Below are positions 37,002 to 45,930 of a DNA stretch of 64,000 nt, piece after piece. Each line of letters begins with the position of its first letter. Within the stretch, counting starts at the first letter, position 1. The notes under the pieces are model-generated. The model had not been told where the DNA came from. It did not search any database and saw only the letters and a program-made list of their open reading frames with translations. The DNA is taken from contig JAFQUQ010000026.1 of NCBI GenBank assembly GCA_017408395.1, positions 41,656 through 105,655 on the forward strand, written 5' to 3'. Origin of the DNA: Oscillospiraceae bacterium. Its GTDB lineage: Bacteria; Bacillota; Clostridia; Oscillospirales; Ruminococcaceae. The translations under genes were made by a program, and so were the position numbers.

Positions 37002-38453
37002 ATGAATATGGATAATCTTAAAAGAAACCTTACTATGCTTACGGATTTTTACGAGCTTACAATGGCAAACGGCTATTTTGAAAACGGTATGGGAGATATT
37101 ATTTCCTGCTTTGACCTTTTTTTCAGAAGCGTTCCCGATAACGGCGGCTTTGCAATTATGGCAGGTCTTGAACAGGCAATAAACTACCTTAAATCGCTGG
37201 AATTTACAGAAGACGATATAGACTACCTTCGTTCAAAGGAAATTTTCAGCGAGAATTTTTTTGATTATCTGCGTAAGTTTAAATTTGAATGTGATGTGTG
37301 GGCAATTCCTGAAGGTACGCCTATTTTTCCAAACGAGCCGATTATGACGGTAAAGGGTCCCGCTATTCAGGCGCAGTTTGTGGAAACTATGCTGCTGCTC
37401 TGCATTAATCATCAGAGCCTTATTGCAACAAAAACGAACCGTATCGTCCGTGCGGCAGAGGGCAGACCCGTTATGGAGTTCGGCTCAAGACGTGCACAGG
37501 GCTTCGACGGTGCAATTTACGGCGCAAGAGCCGCTTATATCGGCGGCTGCAGCGGTACAGCCTGCACCATTTCCGACAAGGAAATGCATACCCCTGCCTT
37601 AGGCACAATGGCACACTCCTGGATTCAGATGTTTGACAGCGAGCTTGAAGCATTCCGTGCTTACGCTGAATGTTACCCAAAAGGCACAACACTACTCGTT
37701 GACACCTACAACGTTCTTAAATCGGGCGTACCCAACGCTATAACTGTATTCAAGGAAATGCGTGAGCGTGGAGAAAAACCGGTAGGCATCAGAATTGACA
37801 GCGGTGACATCACCTACCTTTCCAAGCACGCAAGACAGATGCTTGACGGTGAAGGCTTTACCGACGTTAAAATCGTAGCTTCAAACTCCCTTGACGAGTA
37901 CATTATCCGTGACCTGCTCCTTCAGGGCGCACAGATTGACAGCTTCGGCGTAGGCGAAAGACTTATCACTTCAAAATCCGAGCCTGTTTTCGGCGGCGTA
38001 TACAAGCTTGTTGCAATAGAACGCAACGGAGAGATAATCCCTAAAATCAAGGTTTCGGAAAACGTAGCAAAAATCACCAACCCCGATTTCAAGGAGGTAT
38101 GGCGTCTTTACGACAGCATTACAGGCAAGGCAATTGCAGACGTGCTGACCTGCCGTGACGAAATCATTGACGACACAAAGCCTTACGAGATCTTTGACCC
38201 TGTGCACACCTACAAAAGAAAGACCGTTACAAATTTCAAGGCTGTAAAGCTTATGGTGCAGATTTTCGACAAGGGCGAATGCGTTTACGACTCCCCTTCC
38301 GTTTCCGAAATAAAGGACTACTGTGCCGCACAGCTTGATACACTCTGGGACGAACTCAAACGATTTGAATATCCACACAAATACTACGTTGACCTTTCTC
38401 CGAAGCTCTGGGAAAAGAAACAGGAGCTTCTCCGCAAGGCACACACCATCTGA
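37002..38453 (+). CDS. pncB: Nicotinate phosphoribosyltransferase
   Basis: It has LTDFYELTMANGYF, EFGSRRAQG and GTMAHSWIQ motifs. The start is ATG 37002 or 37008, after AAGGGGA. Confidence 0.93.
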   Translation: MNMDNLKRNLTMLTDFYELTMANGYFENGMGDIISCFDLFFRSVPDNGGFAIMAGLEQAINYLKSLEFTEDDIDYLRSKEIFSENFFDYLRKFKFECDVWAIPEGTPIFPNEPIMTVKGPAIQAQFVETMLLLCINHQSLIATKTNRIVRAAEGRPVMEFGSRRAQGFDGAIYGARAAYIGGCSGTACTISDKEMHTPALGTMAHSWIQMFDSELEAFRAYAECYPKGTTLLVDTYNVLKSGVPNAITVFKEMRERGEKPVGIRIDSGDITYLSKHARQMLDGEGFTDVKIVASNSLDEYIIRDLLLQGAQIDSFGVGERLITSKSEPVFGGVYKLVAIERNGEIIPKIKVSENVAKITNPDFKEVWRLYDSITGKAIADVLTCRDEIIDDTKPYEIFDPVHTYKRKTVTNFKAVKLMVQIFDKGECVYDSPSVSEIKDYCAAQLDTLWDELKRFEYPHKYYVDLSPKLWEKKQELLRKAHTI

Positions 38454-38470
38454 CCGAAAGGAACATTTTA

Positions 38471-39142
38471 ATGAGCAGCACAGTTACATTCAGATACATC
38501 AAACAAAATCCCGACATCCACACCTATATCAAAAATGCCGATGCGGCAGTTGCGGCACAGGGCTACACCGAACATTCCTTTGCTCACGTTGAAAAGGTAG
38601 CCTCCACCGTCGAAATGATACTTTCCACCCTTAAATATCCTGAACGTGATGTTGAGCTTGGACAGATTGCGGCTTATCTTCACGACATCGGCAATGTCAT
38701 AAACCGTGTTGACCACGCACAAAGCGGTGCAGTAATGGCGTTCCGTCTGCTTGATAATTTAAATATGCCTGCCGAGGAGATATGCGCGATAATTTCAGCT
38801 ATCGGCAACCACGACGAACACACCGCCCAGCCTCTCAACGCAATAACCGCCGCCCTTATCATCGGCGACAAAACCGACGTGCGCAGAAGCAGAGTCCGCA
38901 ACGTTGATACCGTTGACCTTAACGACATCCACGACCGTGTAAATTATGCCGTCACCACTTCCAGCATAAGCTTCACCGATGACAAAAAAGCGCTTCTTCT
39001 TGAACTGGAGCTTGATACGGAAATCTCATCCGTTATGGAATACTTTGAAATTTTTATGGAGCGTATGCTTCTTTGCAAACGCTCTGCGGAGGTTCTCGGC
39101 GTAAAATTCCGTATGCGTGTCAACAATACAGAAGTAATGTAA
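38471..39142 (+). CDS. HD-domain phosphohydrolase of unknown specificity, 17 nt downstream of pncB
   Basis: The H...HD...H...D pattern is present (HSFAHV, YLHDIGN, GNHDE). Confidence 0.8.
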   Translation: MSSTVTFRYIKQNPDIHTYIKNADAAVAAQGYTEHSFAHVEKVASTVEMILSTLKYPERDVELGQIAAYLHDIGNVINRVDHAQSGAVMAFRLLDNLNMPAEEICAIISAIGNHDEHTAQPLNAITAALIIGDKTDVRRSRVRNVDTVDLNDIHDRVNYAVTTSSISFTDDKKALLLELELDTEISSVMEYFEIFMERMLLCKRSAEVLGVKFRMRVNNTEVM

Positions 39143-39181
39143 CAAAGTCACTTTGAGAGTGTCGAAAAATATTTCACAGAC

Positions 39182-39253
39182 GGGCGGCAGATTGCCGCCC
39201 CTACAAATAAATGATGAATTCAGCCATTTCGTAGGGGCGGATATTATCCGCCC
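39182..39253. repeat. Pair of GC-rich palindromes (REP-like) that can also pair with each other through CCCCTAC/GTAGGGG
   Basis: GGGCGGCA-gat-TGCCGCCC lies at 39182-39200 and GGGCGGATA...TATCCGCCC at 39235-53. They are very GC-rich compared with the surrounding DNA. Confidence 0.6.
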
Positions 39254-39279
39254 GCTATAAAAAATCTTTATTAACAAGC

Positions 39280-39318
39280 AAACGGCTTTGCAGATCGCAA
39301 AGCCGTTTCTTATTTTTT
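39280..39318 (+). terminator. Intrinsic terminator after the pncB-HD pair
   Basis: AAACGGCTTTGC-agatc-GCAAAGCCGTTT followed by CTTATTTTTT. Confidence 0.8.
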
Positions 39319-39348
39319 AATTACGAATTACGCATTAAGCATTACGAA

Positions 39349-40221
39349 TTAACCCAACTCTTCCGCTTTGAGCTTTATGTACTGTGCAAGCTCGTCCTTT
39401 AAATCGGGACGTGAAAGGCCAATGTCGATTGCAGCCTTCAGAATACCCAGCTTGTTGCCCATATCATAGCGGTTTCCTGTGAAATCAACGCCGATCATCC
39501 CCTCGCTGTTTGCAAGGATCTTCATTGCGTCTGTAAGCTGAAGCTCGTTGTTCGCACCCTTCGGTATGGTTTTGAGAATACCGAAAATTTCGGGCGGAAG
39601 CACACATCTTCCCAGTATGGAGTAGTTTGAGAAAATCTGCTCCGGCTTTGGCTTTTCAATCATATCGCTTATGCCGTAGCAGGTGTCGTCCAGCTTTTCA
39701 ACCTTCATTGACGAATACCGCATAACATCCTCTGTAGGCACTTCTCTTATGCCGACAATACCCTTTTCATAACGGTCGTAAGCTCTGCAAAGCTGTGCAA
39801 TGGCAGGGTCTTCCCCGATAATTACATCGTCACCGTAAAGCACGGCAAATGGCTCATCACCGACAAAATTCTCCGCACAAAGAACTGCGTGTCCAAGCCC
39901 AAGCTGCTCCTGCTGACGGACATAGGTCAGATTTGCCATATGAGCAATGTTTATCATTTCTTTAAGCACATCATCCTTGCCCGATTCGGAAAGTCTCTTT
40001 TCAAGGTCGGGAGAACGGTCAAAATGGTCCTCCACAACGTGTTTGCCTCTTGAAAGAATAATAAGAATATCGGTAATTCCTGTCTTTACGCACTCCTCAA
40101 CGATATACTGTATTGCAGGCTTGTCAACAATAGGTATCATTTCCTTTGGCATAGCCTTTGACGCAGGAAGCACTCTCGTACCGAGTCCTGCCGCAGTAAT
40201 GACCGCTTTTCTTATTTTCAT
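39349..40221 (-). CDS. galU: UTP--glucose-1-phosphate uridylyltransferase
   Basis: It has the KAVITAAGLGTRVLPASKAMPKEM signature. Length is 290 aa. Confidence 0.95.
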   Translation of the reverse strand: MKIRKAVITAAGLGTRVLPASKAMPKEMIPIVDKPAIQYIVEECVKTGITDILIILSRGKHVVEDHFDRSPDLEKRLSESGKDDVLKEMINIAHMANLTYVRQQEQLGLGHAVLCAENFVGDEPFAVLYGDDVIIGEDPAIAQLCRAYDRYEKGIVGIREVPTEDVMRYSSMKVEKLDDTCYGISDMIEKPKPEQIFSNYSILGRCVLPPEIFGILKTIPKGANNELQLTDAMKILANSEGMIGVDFTGNRYDMGNKLGILKAAIDIGLSRPDLKDELAQYIKLKAEELG

Positions 40222-40242
40222 AACCCCACACCCCTTATTTTT

Positions 40243-41256
40243 TTAAATAACCGTAAGGACCGAAAGAAATCTCATCATATAGATCGCCGCATATGGCAGC
40301 AGATCAAGCAGTATAAACAAAATCAGCCACGCAGGGGAAGTGCCGCCCTTTCTTCTTAAAGTATCTCTCAGCTCCGTAAGCGGCACGGAATTTTTGATCT
40401 TTGCCGTTCTCTTTACGGCAATTTTATAGTAAATTGAATTGCAGAAGCCGCCGCAGAAAAACATCAGCGCATAGTCAAGCACATAAACCAGAATATCCAT
40501 AATTCCGAAAGCCGTGCTTCTTAAATCAAAATTTGCGGCAATATCCGCAAGCACCGCAATATCCGATTCCGAAAATACCCTCAGCATAAGCGGTATAAGC
40601 GAAAACAGCTTTATCGCCCACGCCGCAAGAGCTATAAGCGGCATTTTACGATATGCAAAATAAAGCTCAGGGAAAAGCATTGCAGGAAAATTCCACGAGA
40701 AAGACCTGCCCGTTTCCTTTATACGCTTGAAAATCGGAAGGAAATAGTGGGTATTGCTTTCAACCGTATCCGCAAGCTCACACAGCCTTACGCCGTCAAA
40801 ATCCTCGTCGGGATTATAGCCGCAGAGAGGGTCGGAAAAGTTGATGAGAAACGGCTGAATGTCTATTCCCACGCCTCCGTTGAAATCACGGTTATAGCTG
40901 TCGGGATTGTCTTCGCCGTTAACGGGAGCTGTATGAACACGCATACGCTCGTTGTGCTTTTCCAGCGATTTCAGAGGGAAACCGCAGTTATCGCAGAACA
41001 GCGAATCAGGCGGATTTTTACAGCCGCAGCTTAAGCAGACCGTATCTTCCTTTTCCTCCGCAAGGCTGTCACCTACGTCATAAGTGGGCTTCCATGTGCC
41101 TTTGACGTCGTGCAGGGCACCGTTTACGCACCTGCCCTCCTTTTTGTAGCAGTCCCTGTGATAAGGGGTACCGCATTCGGGGCAGACAACAATATCGTCC
41201 TCATCTGTAAATTTTTCACTGCATACGATACATCTTGTTCCTGTATATTTAGCCAT
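40243..41256 (-). CDS. Membrane protein with an N-terminal RING/PHD-like zinc finger, a second zinc ribbon and a DUF2628-like transmembrane C-terminal half
   Basis: The first finger is C-x2-C-x12-C-x2-C-x4-H-x2-C-x6-C (CIVCSEKF...VVCPECGTPYHRDCYKKEGRC). The second is CLSCGCKNPPDSLFCDNCG. NFPAMLFPELYFAYRKM is followed by TM helices. Confidence 0.8.
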   Translation of the reverse strand: MAKYTGTRCIVCSEKFTDEDDIVVCPECGTPYHRDCYKKEGRCVNGALHDVKGTWKPTYDVGDSLAEEKEDTVCLSCGCKNPPDSLFCDNCGFPLKSLEKHNERMRVHTAPVNGEDNPDSYNRDFNGGVGIDIQPFLINFSDPLCGYNPDEDFDGVRLCELADTVESNTHYFLPIFKRIKETGRSFSWNFPAMLFPELYFAYRKMPLIALAAWAIKLFSLIPLMLRVFSESDIAVLADIAANFDLRSTAFGIMDILVYVLDYALMFFCGGFCNSIYYKIAVKRTAKIKNSVPLTELRDTLRRKGGTSPAWLILFILLDLLPYAAIYMMRFLSVLTVI

Positions 41257-41291
41257 TTTATTCTGTTAACTCCTTGAATGTAAACATATTT

Positions 41292-41382
41292 AGGATACGC
41301 TGATTAAAGGCGTAGCCATCGCTTCCGACACTCGAAAATCCGTCACTGAGAGCGTCGTGAAGCGATTTGATCAGCGTTTCCT
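41292..41382 (-). promoter_or_regulatory. Roughly 90-nt extended hairpin at the 5' end of the predicted leader of the zinc-finger membrane gene
   Basis: AGGATACGCTGATTAAA pairs with TTTGATCAGCGTTTCCT in 16 of 17 positions. ATCGCTTC/GAAGCGAT is a perfect 8-bp helix. The inner stem is CGACaCTC/GAGagcGTCG. Confidence 0.45.
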
Positions 41383-41393
41383 TAACCCCTACA

Positions 41394-41422
41394 AGTATAC
41401 CACAGTTAAATCAAAATAACAA
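41394..41422 (-). promoter_or_regulatory. Sigma-A promoter for the zinc-finger membrane gene
   Basis: On the minus strand: TTGTTA, 17 nt, TATACT, with extended -10 TGgTATACT. Confidence 0.55.
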
Positions 41423-41554
41423 GTAAATCCTTGCAGTTTCATCTGTTTATCACAAAATTTGTATAATACGATTGAAAAAAGGATAATATGGTGATATAAT
41501 TCTAATCACGGGGTAAAAAACTGAGAGGAGAAAGCTCTTTACGAGTGTAAAAAA

Positions 41555-42235
41555 ATGAGCAAGGAAAAAGGAACAACAAAAATTCTCAAGGCAGTTATTG
41601 CCGCCGCACCCTTTGCAATGATGGCGGTATGCGCAGTACTGTATTTTACTGTGTTCAGGAACGTCACTCCCGAACAATTGATTAAATATACTCCCGAAAA
41701 CATATGGCTTGCGGCGGTTGTGATAGTGCTGATGTTTTCGCTTAAATCGCTGTCATTTTTCTTTCCTATGTTTGTGATCGTGGTAGTATGCGGAAGGATC
41801 GCACCACATTTTATGATAGCTGTACTCATAAATACAATAGGAATTTTCTGTATGATGAATATCCCCTATTTTATCGGACGATTTGCGGAAAAAGAGTTTG
41901 TCCGGAAACAGCTTGAAAAGAATAAAAAGCTTAAGGAAATACACGACATCCATATGGATAACGAGGTGTTTCTCATAATATTTCTCCGTGCCATAAACAT
42001 CCTGCCCTACGATGTGGTGAGTATGTTTTTGGGCTCTGTAAACACAAGCTGGAAAAAGTACATTCTCGGCTCGTTTATCGGCACATTCCCAAGCACAGTC
42101 ATAGCCACGATTATGGGCTACAACGCAGACAACCCCACCTCAGCAGGCTTTATCATTCCTGTTGCTATCGAGGTGCTTATGGCTGTGGGGGCAGGGCTGT
42201 GGTATTTTATTTATATGAAGAAGAAAAAAGCATAA
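41555..42235 (+). CDS. TVP38/TMEM64 (DedA-related, SNARE-associated) family membrane protein
   Basis: Six hydrophobic segments, an FLRAINILPYDVVSMFLG motif and a lysine-rich C-terminus. Confidence 0.8.
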   Translation: MSKEKGTTKILKAVIAAAPFAMMAVCAVLYFTVFRNVTPEQLIKYTPENIWLAAVVIVLMFSLKSLSFFFPMFVIVVVCGRIAPHFMIAVLINTIGIFCMMNIPYFIGRFAEKEFVRKQLEKNKKLKEIHDIHMDNEVFLIIFLRAINILPYDVVSMFLGSVNTSWKKYILGSFIGTFPSTVIATIMGYNADNPTSAGFIIPVAIEVLMAVGAGLWYFIYMKKKKA

Positions 42236-42251
42236 AAGGAGCATTTCCCCT

Positions 42252-43040
42252 ATGATTAAACTTATTGCAACAGATATGGACGGCACTCTTTTAAACGACA
42301 GAAAAGAGCTGCCGCCAGACTTTTACTATATACTGGACGAGCTTAAAAAGTGTGACATCCACTTTGTCATTGCAAGCGGACGTTCCTTTACCACCCTCAA
42401 GCTTAATTTTGAGGGGAGTATGGACAAGCTTGATTTTATCTGCGATAACGGTGCGTATGTGGTTGTAAACGGCAGGCTTGTCAGCAGGAGCATTCTTGAC
42501 AGTGTAAAGCTCAGAGAAATGCTTGAAACCTGCCTTTCCCTTGAAGGCGTAACTCCTGTTCTTTGCGGAATGAAGGGTACATATTTTGAGCGTACCGACG
42601 AGGATTTTTATAATGAGGTAAGAAAATATTATCTGAATTTTACCTGCGTAGACGATATTTTAAGCGTTGAGGACGAGATTTTCAAGGTTGCCGTATGCGA
42701 TAAAAAAGGTCCGAGAAATAATGCCCTGCCTGTGCTTTCGGAAAAATTTGCAGAGGATTTTACTGTTGCGGAAACGGGTCCCAGATGGATAGACATTATG
42801 AACAAGGGTATAAACAAGGGCGCCGCACTTGAAATTTTACAGCGTGAGCTTAACATTTCAAAGGCGGAAACAATGTCCTTCGGCGACTATTTCAACGATG
42901 TGGAGCTGCTGCTTGCGGCTGAACACAGCTACGTTATGGAAAATGCTCATCCCGAAATGGCACAGTATGCAAAATACCGTGCAAAATCAAACAACGACTG
43001 CGGTGTTACCGCTGTAATAAAGGAGTACCTGAATGAATGA
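42252..43040 (+). CDS. Cof-type HAD-IIB phosphatase
   Basis: It has IATDMDGTLLN (DxDGT), ASGR and FGDYFNDVELL motifs. Confidence 0.9.
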   Translation: MIKLIATDMDGTLLNDRKELPPDFYYILDELKKCDIHFVIASGRSFTTLKLNFEGSMDKLDFICDNGAYVVVNGRLVSRSILDSVKLREMLETCLSLEGVTPVLCGMKGTYFERTDEDFYNEVRKYYLNFTCVDDILSVEDEIFKVAVCDKKGPRNNALPVLSEKFAEDFTVAETGPRWIDIMNKGINKGAALEILQRELNISKAETMSFGDYFNDVELLLAAEHSYVMENAHPEMAQYAKYRAKSNNDCGVTAVIKEYLNE

Positions 43041-44862
43041 AAGGCTGCCCTACCTCCGTGAAAAAACGGCTCTGCTGACCACATCTCCCGGTGTTTACCG
43101 TATGCGTGACAAAACGGGGCACATCATTTACATCGGCAAGGCCAAAAACCTGCGTAACCGTGTTACAAGCTATTTCTGCAAATCCCCCGACCATACCCCG
43201 AAAGTTGCAAAAATGGTTTCAAACGTGCACGACTATGACTTCATCGTAACCGACAGCGAGTACGAGGCTCTTGTGCTGGAGTGCTCTCTCATCAAACAGC
43301 ACAAGCCCAAGTACAATATTTTACTTAAAGACGACAAGGGCTACAGCTACATTAAAATTTCCGATGAGCCTTTTCCACGCATAACCTCTGAAATGCAGAA
43401 GTCGGGAGAGGGTAAATTCATCGGTCCTTACACAAGCACCTTTGTTGCTTCACAGACTGCCCTTGAAGTAAACAAGGTCTTTATGCTTCCTACCTGCCGC
43501 AGAAAATTTCCAAATGATTTCGGCAAGGGCAGACCTTGTTTAAACTTCCACATTAAACAGTGTATGGGCTTATGCAGCGGAAAAATCCCGCAGGAAGAGT
43601 ACGCACAGATAATTTTACAGGCAGAGGAATATATAAAAAGCGGCTCGGAGGCTTCCGTTGAAATGCTTACGGAGCAGATGAACATTGCCGCTGAAAATCT
43701 TGAATTTGAGCTTGCGGCAAAGCTGCGTGACCGTATTTCCGCAATTCAGCGTGCCGCAGACCGTCAGAAAATAATCTGTGACGATATGAAGGACACCGAC
43801 ATTATTGCCTGTGCACAGAACGGCAGCGAAGCCTGTATTGCAATTTTAATGTATCGTGGAGGACGGCTTACGGACAGAAGCGAAATCCCCGTAGGCGAGC
43901 TTGACAGCACTCCCAATATGATACAGGATTTTATGGTGCAGTATTACTCTGAACCTGAACGTATCCCACGTGAAATTATCGTGGAAGAGGACATTCCAGA
44001 CAACGAAATGGTGACCCGTATGCTCCGTGAAAAAAGCGGACGTGCGGTGGATATTTTCACACGCACAAGAGGAAACGGGCTTAAGCTTATAATGATGGCA
44101 AAGGCTAACGCCAGCGAGTCCCTTGCAATAAAGGTCGGCAGAACAGGCAAGGAAATCGTTGCCCTTGAAGAGCTTGCAAAGCTTCTCGGATTAAGCGAAC
44201 CGCCCCTTTACATTGAATCCTACGACATTTCAAACCTGTCGGGAACTTCAATGGTTGCAGGTATGGTTGTGTTTGAAAACGGCAGACCGAACAAGAAAGC
44301 CTACAAGCGTTTTTCCATCAAGGACGTTGCTATCCAGAACGACTACGCCTGTATGCACGAGGTTTTAAGCAGACGCTTTAAACATTACACCGACTCCTCC
44401 GAAACGGACGAGGGCTTCCGCAGACTCCCCGACCTTATCCTGCTGGACGGCGGCAAGGGTCAGGTAAATGCTGTTGCACCCGTGCTCCGTGAGCTTGGAA
44501 TAGACGTGCCCCTTTTCGGTATGGTAAAGGACAATAAGCACCGTACCCGTGCAATTGCAACAGGCGGCGGTGAAATTTCAATCAGCGAAAACAAGGCGGC
44601 GTTTATGCTTCTTACGAGAATACAGGACGAGGTGCACCGCTACTCCATAACCTATCAGCGAAGCAAGCACCGTAAAAGCTCCTACGCTATGGAAATCACC
44701 AAAATCAAGGGTATCGGCGACAAGAAAGCGGAAAAACTGTTCAGCATTTTCAAGACCCGTGAGGAATTCAAAAAGGCTTCTCCCGAAGAAATCGCAAAAG
44801 CGGCAGGAGTCAATATTTCCGTTGCACGGCAGATTTACGAGTTCGTGCAGAATGAGCTGTGA
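43033..44862 (+). CDS. uvrC: Excinuclease ABC subunit C
   Basis: It has a GIY-YIG N-terminus (GVYRMRDKTGHIIYIGKAKNLRNRV), a UVR domain and C-terminal RNase H-like plus HhH regions. Length is 609 aa. Confidence 0.96.
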   Translation: MNERLPYLREKTALLTTSPGVYRMRDKTGHIIYIGKAKNLRNRVTSYFCKSPDHTPKVAKMVSNVHDYDFIVTDSEYEALVLECSLIKQHKPKYNILLKDDKGYSYIKISDEPFPRITSEMQKSGEGKFIGPYTSTFVASQTALEVNKVFMLPTCRRKFPNDFGKGRPCLNFHIKQCMGLCSGKIPQEEYAQIILQAEEYIKSGSEASVEMLTEQMNIAAENLEFELAAKLRDRISAIQRAADRQKIICDDMKDTDIIACAQNGSEACIAILMYRGGRLTDRSEIPVGELDSTPNMIQDFMVQYYSEPERIPREIIVEEDIPDNEMVTRMLREKSGRAVDIFTRTRGNGLKLIMMAKANASESLAIKVGRTGKEIVALEELAKLLGLSEPPLYIESYDISNLSGTSMVAGMVVFENGRPNKKAYKRFSIKDVAIQNDYACMHEVLSRRFKHYTDSSETDEGFRRLPDLILLDGGKGQVNAVAPVLRELGIDVPLFGMVKDNKHRTRAIATGGGEISISENKAAFMLLTRIQDEVHRYSITYQRSKHRKSSYAMEITKIKGIGDKKAEKLFSIFKTREEFKKASPEEIAKAAGVNISVARQIYEFVQNEL

Positions 44863-44885
44863 TTACAGCCTGATAAAAAATAAAA

Positions 44886-44914
44886 GGGCGGATTTCGTAT
44901 CCGCCCGATTTTTA
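44886..44914 (+). terminator. Intrinsic terminator after uvrC
   Basis: GGGCGGAT-ttcgt-ATCCGCCC followed by GATTTTT. Confidence 0.75.
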
Positions 44915-44943
44915 CGCAATCTTTACTTTAAGGAGAACACCCT

Positions 44944-45888
44944 ATGGAAACAAAAAAACACCCTCTCTCAAAGCCGCTTACAGCCTGCATATGTGCAATG
45001 ATATGCTGTCTGCTGTGGGGAAGCGCTTTTCCTGCGATAAAATCGGGATTTGCGTGGCTCGGAATTTCCGCAGAGGACTCCGCAAGCGAAATTTTGTACG
45101 CAGGCATAAGATTTTTTCTTGCAGGAGTTTTCACCATAATAATTACAAGCGTCATAAGCCGTAAATTTATGTACCCGACTAAAAAATCTGTGCCTAAGGT
45201 TTGCTTTTTAAGCTTGTTCCAGACGATTTTGCAGTATTTTTTCTTTTACATAGGCCTTGCAAACACATCAGGGGTAAAGGCTTCCGTAATCGAGGGGGCA
45301 AACGTTTTTATCGCCCTGATAGTTTCCTGCCTCGTGTTCCGTATGGAAAAGTTTACTGCCGCAAAAATCGCAGGAAGCATAATCGGCTTCGCAGGCGTTG
45401 TCATAATCAATCTGACAGACGGCGGATTTGATATGAGCCTGTCACTTAAAGGAGAGGGCTTCATACTGATCTCAACCGTTGCGTATGCGTTTTCCTCCGT
45501 GCTTATGAAGCACTACTCCAAAGAAGAAAATCCTATGATGCTAAGCGGATGGCAGTTCCTTTTCGGCGGTGCTGTAATGGCTGTGGGCGGCTTTGCGGCA
45601 GGCGGAAGGCTGCCTGCGTTTGACCTTAAATCGGTGGTGCTGCTGGTGTATCTTGCATTCCTTTCTGCGGCGGCATATTCCTTATGGTCAATGCTGCTAA
45701 AATACAATCCCGTTTCTAAAATTGCCGTGTACGGCTTTATGAATCCCGTTTTCGGCGTGATACTTTCTGCGTTCATACTTGGTGAAGCTGAGCAGGCATT
45801 CGGTCTGAAAAGTCTGCTTGCGCTGGTGCTGGTATGCGTGGGAATTTATGTTGTAAACAGTGGGAAAAAGGAGAACGCGGTGCAATAA
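44944..45888 (+). CDS. DMT-superfamily (EamA-type) transporter
   Basis: 10 TM with two EamA-like halves. The N-terminus has LWGSAFPAIK. Confidence 0.88.
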   Translation: METKKHPLSKPLTACICAMICCLLWGSAFPAIKSGFAWLGISAEDSASEILYAGIRFFLAGVFTIIITSVISRKFMYPTKKSVPKVCFLSLFQTILQYFFFYIGLANTSGVKASVIEGANVFIALIVSCLVFRMEKFTAAKIAGSIIGFAGVVIINLTDGGFDMSLSLKGEGFILISTVAYAFSSVLMKHYSKEENPMMLSGWQFLFGGAVMAVGGFAAGGRLPAFDLKSVVLLVYLAFLSAAAYSLWSMLLKYNPVSKIAVYGFMNPVFGVILSAFILGEAEQAFGLKSLLALVLVCVGIYVVNSGKKENAVQ

Positions 45889-45930
45889 AATACAGGTCAA
45901 GTCTTTAAATAGGCTTGACCTGTATTTTTT
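45887..45930. terminator. Bidirectional terminator between convergent EamA and FolC-like genes
   Basis: AAAATACAGGTCAAG, a 12-nt loop, then CTTGACCTGTATTTT. Confidence 0.75.

Noticed and set aside
41450-41953. Minus-strand ORFs (41450-41677, 41539-41829, 41753-41953) overlapping the TVP38 gene and its promoter region.
   Set aside because: They are antisense to a well-formed membrane protein gene, have no SD, and their composition is atypical (Cys/His/Phe-rich).
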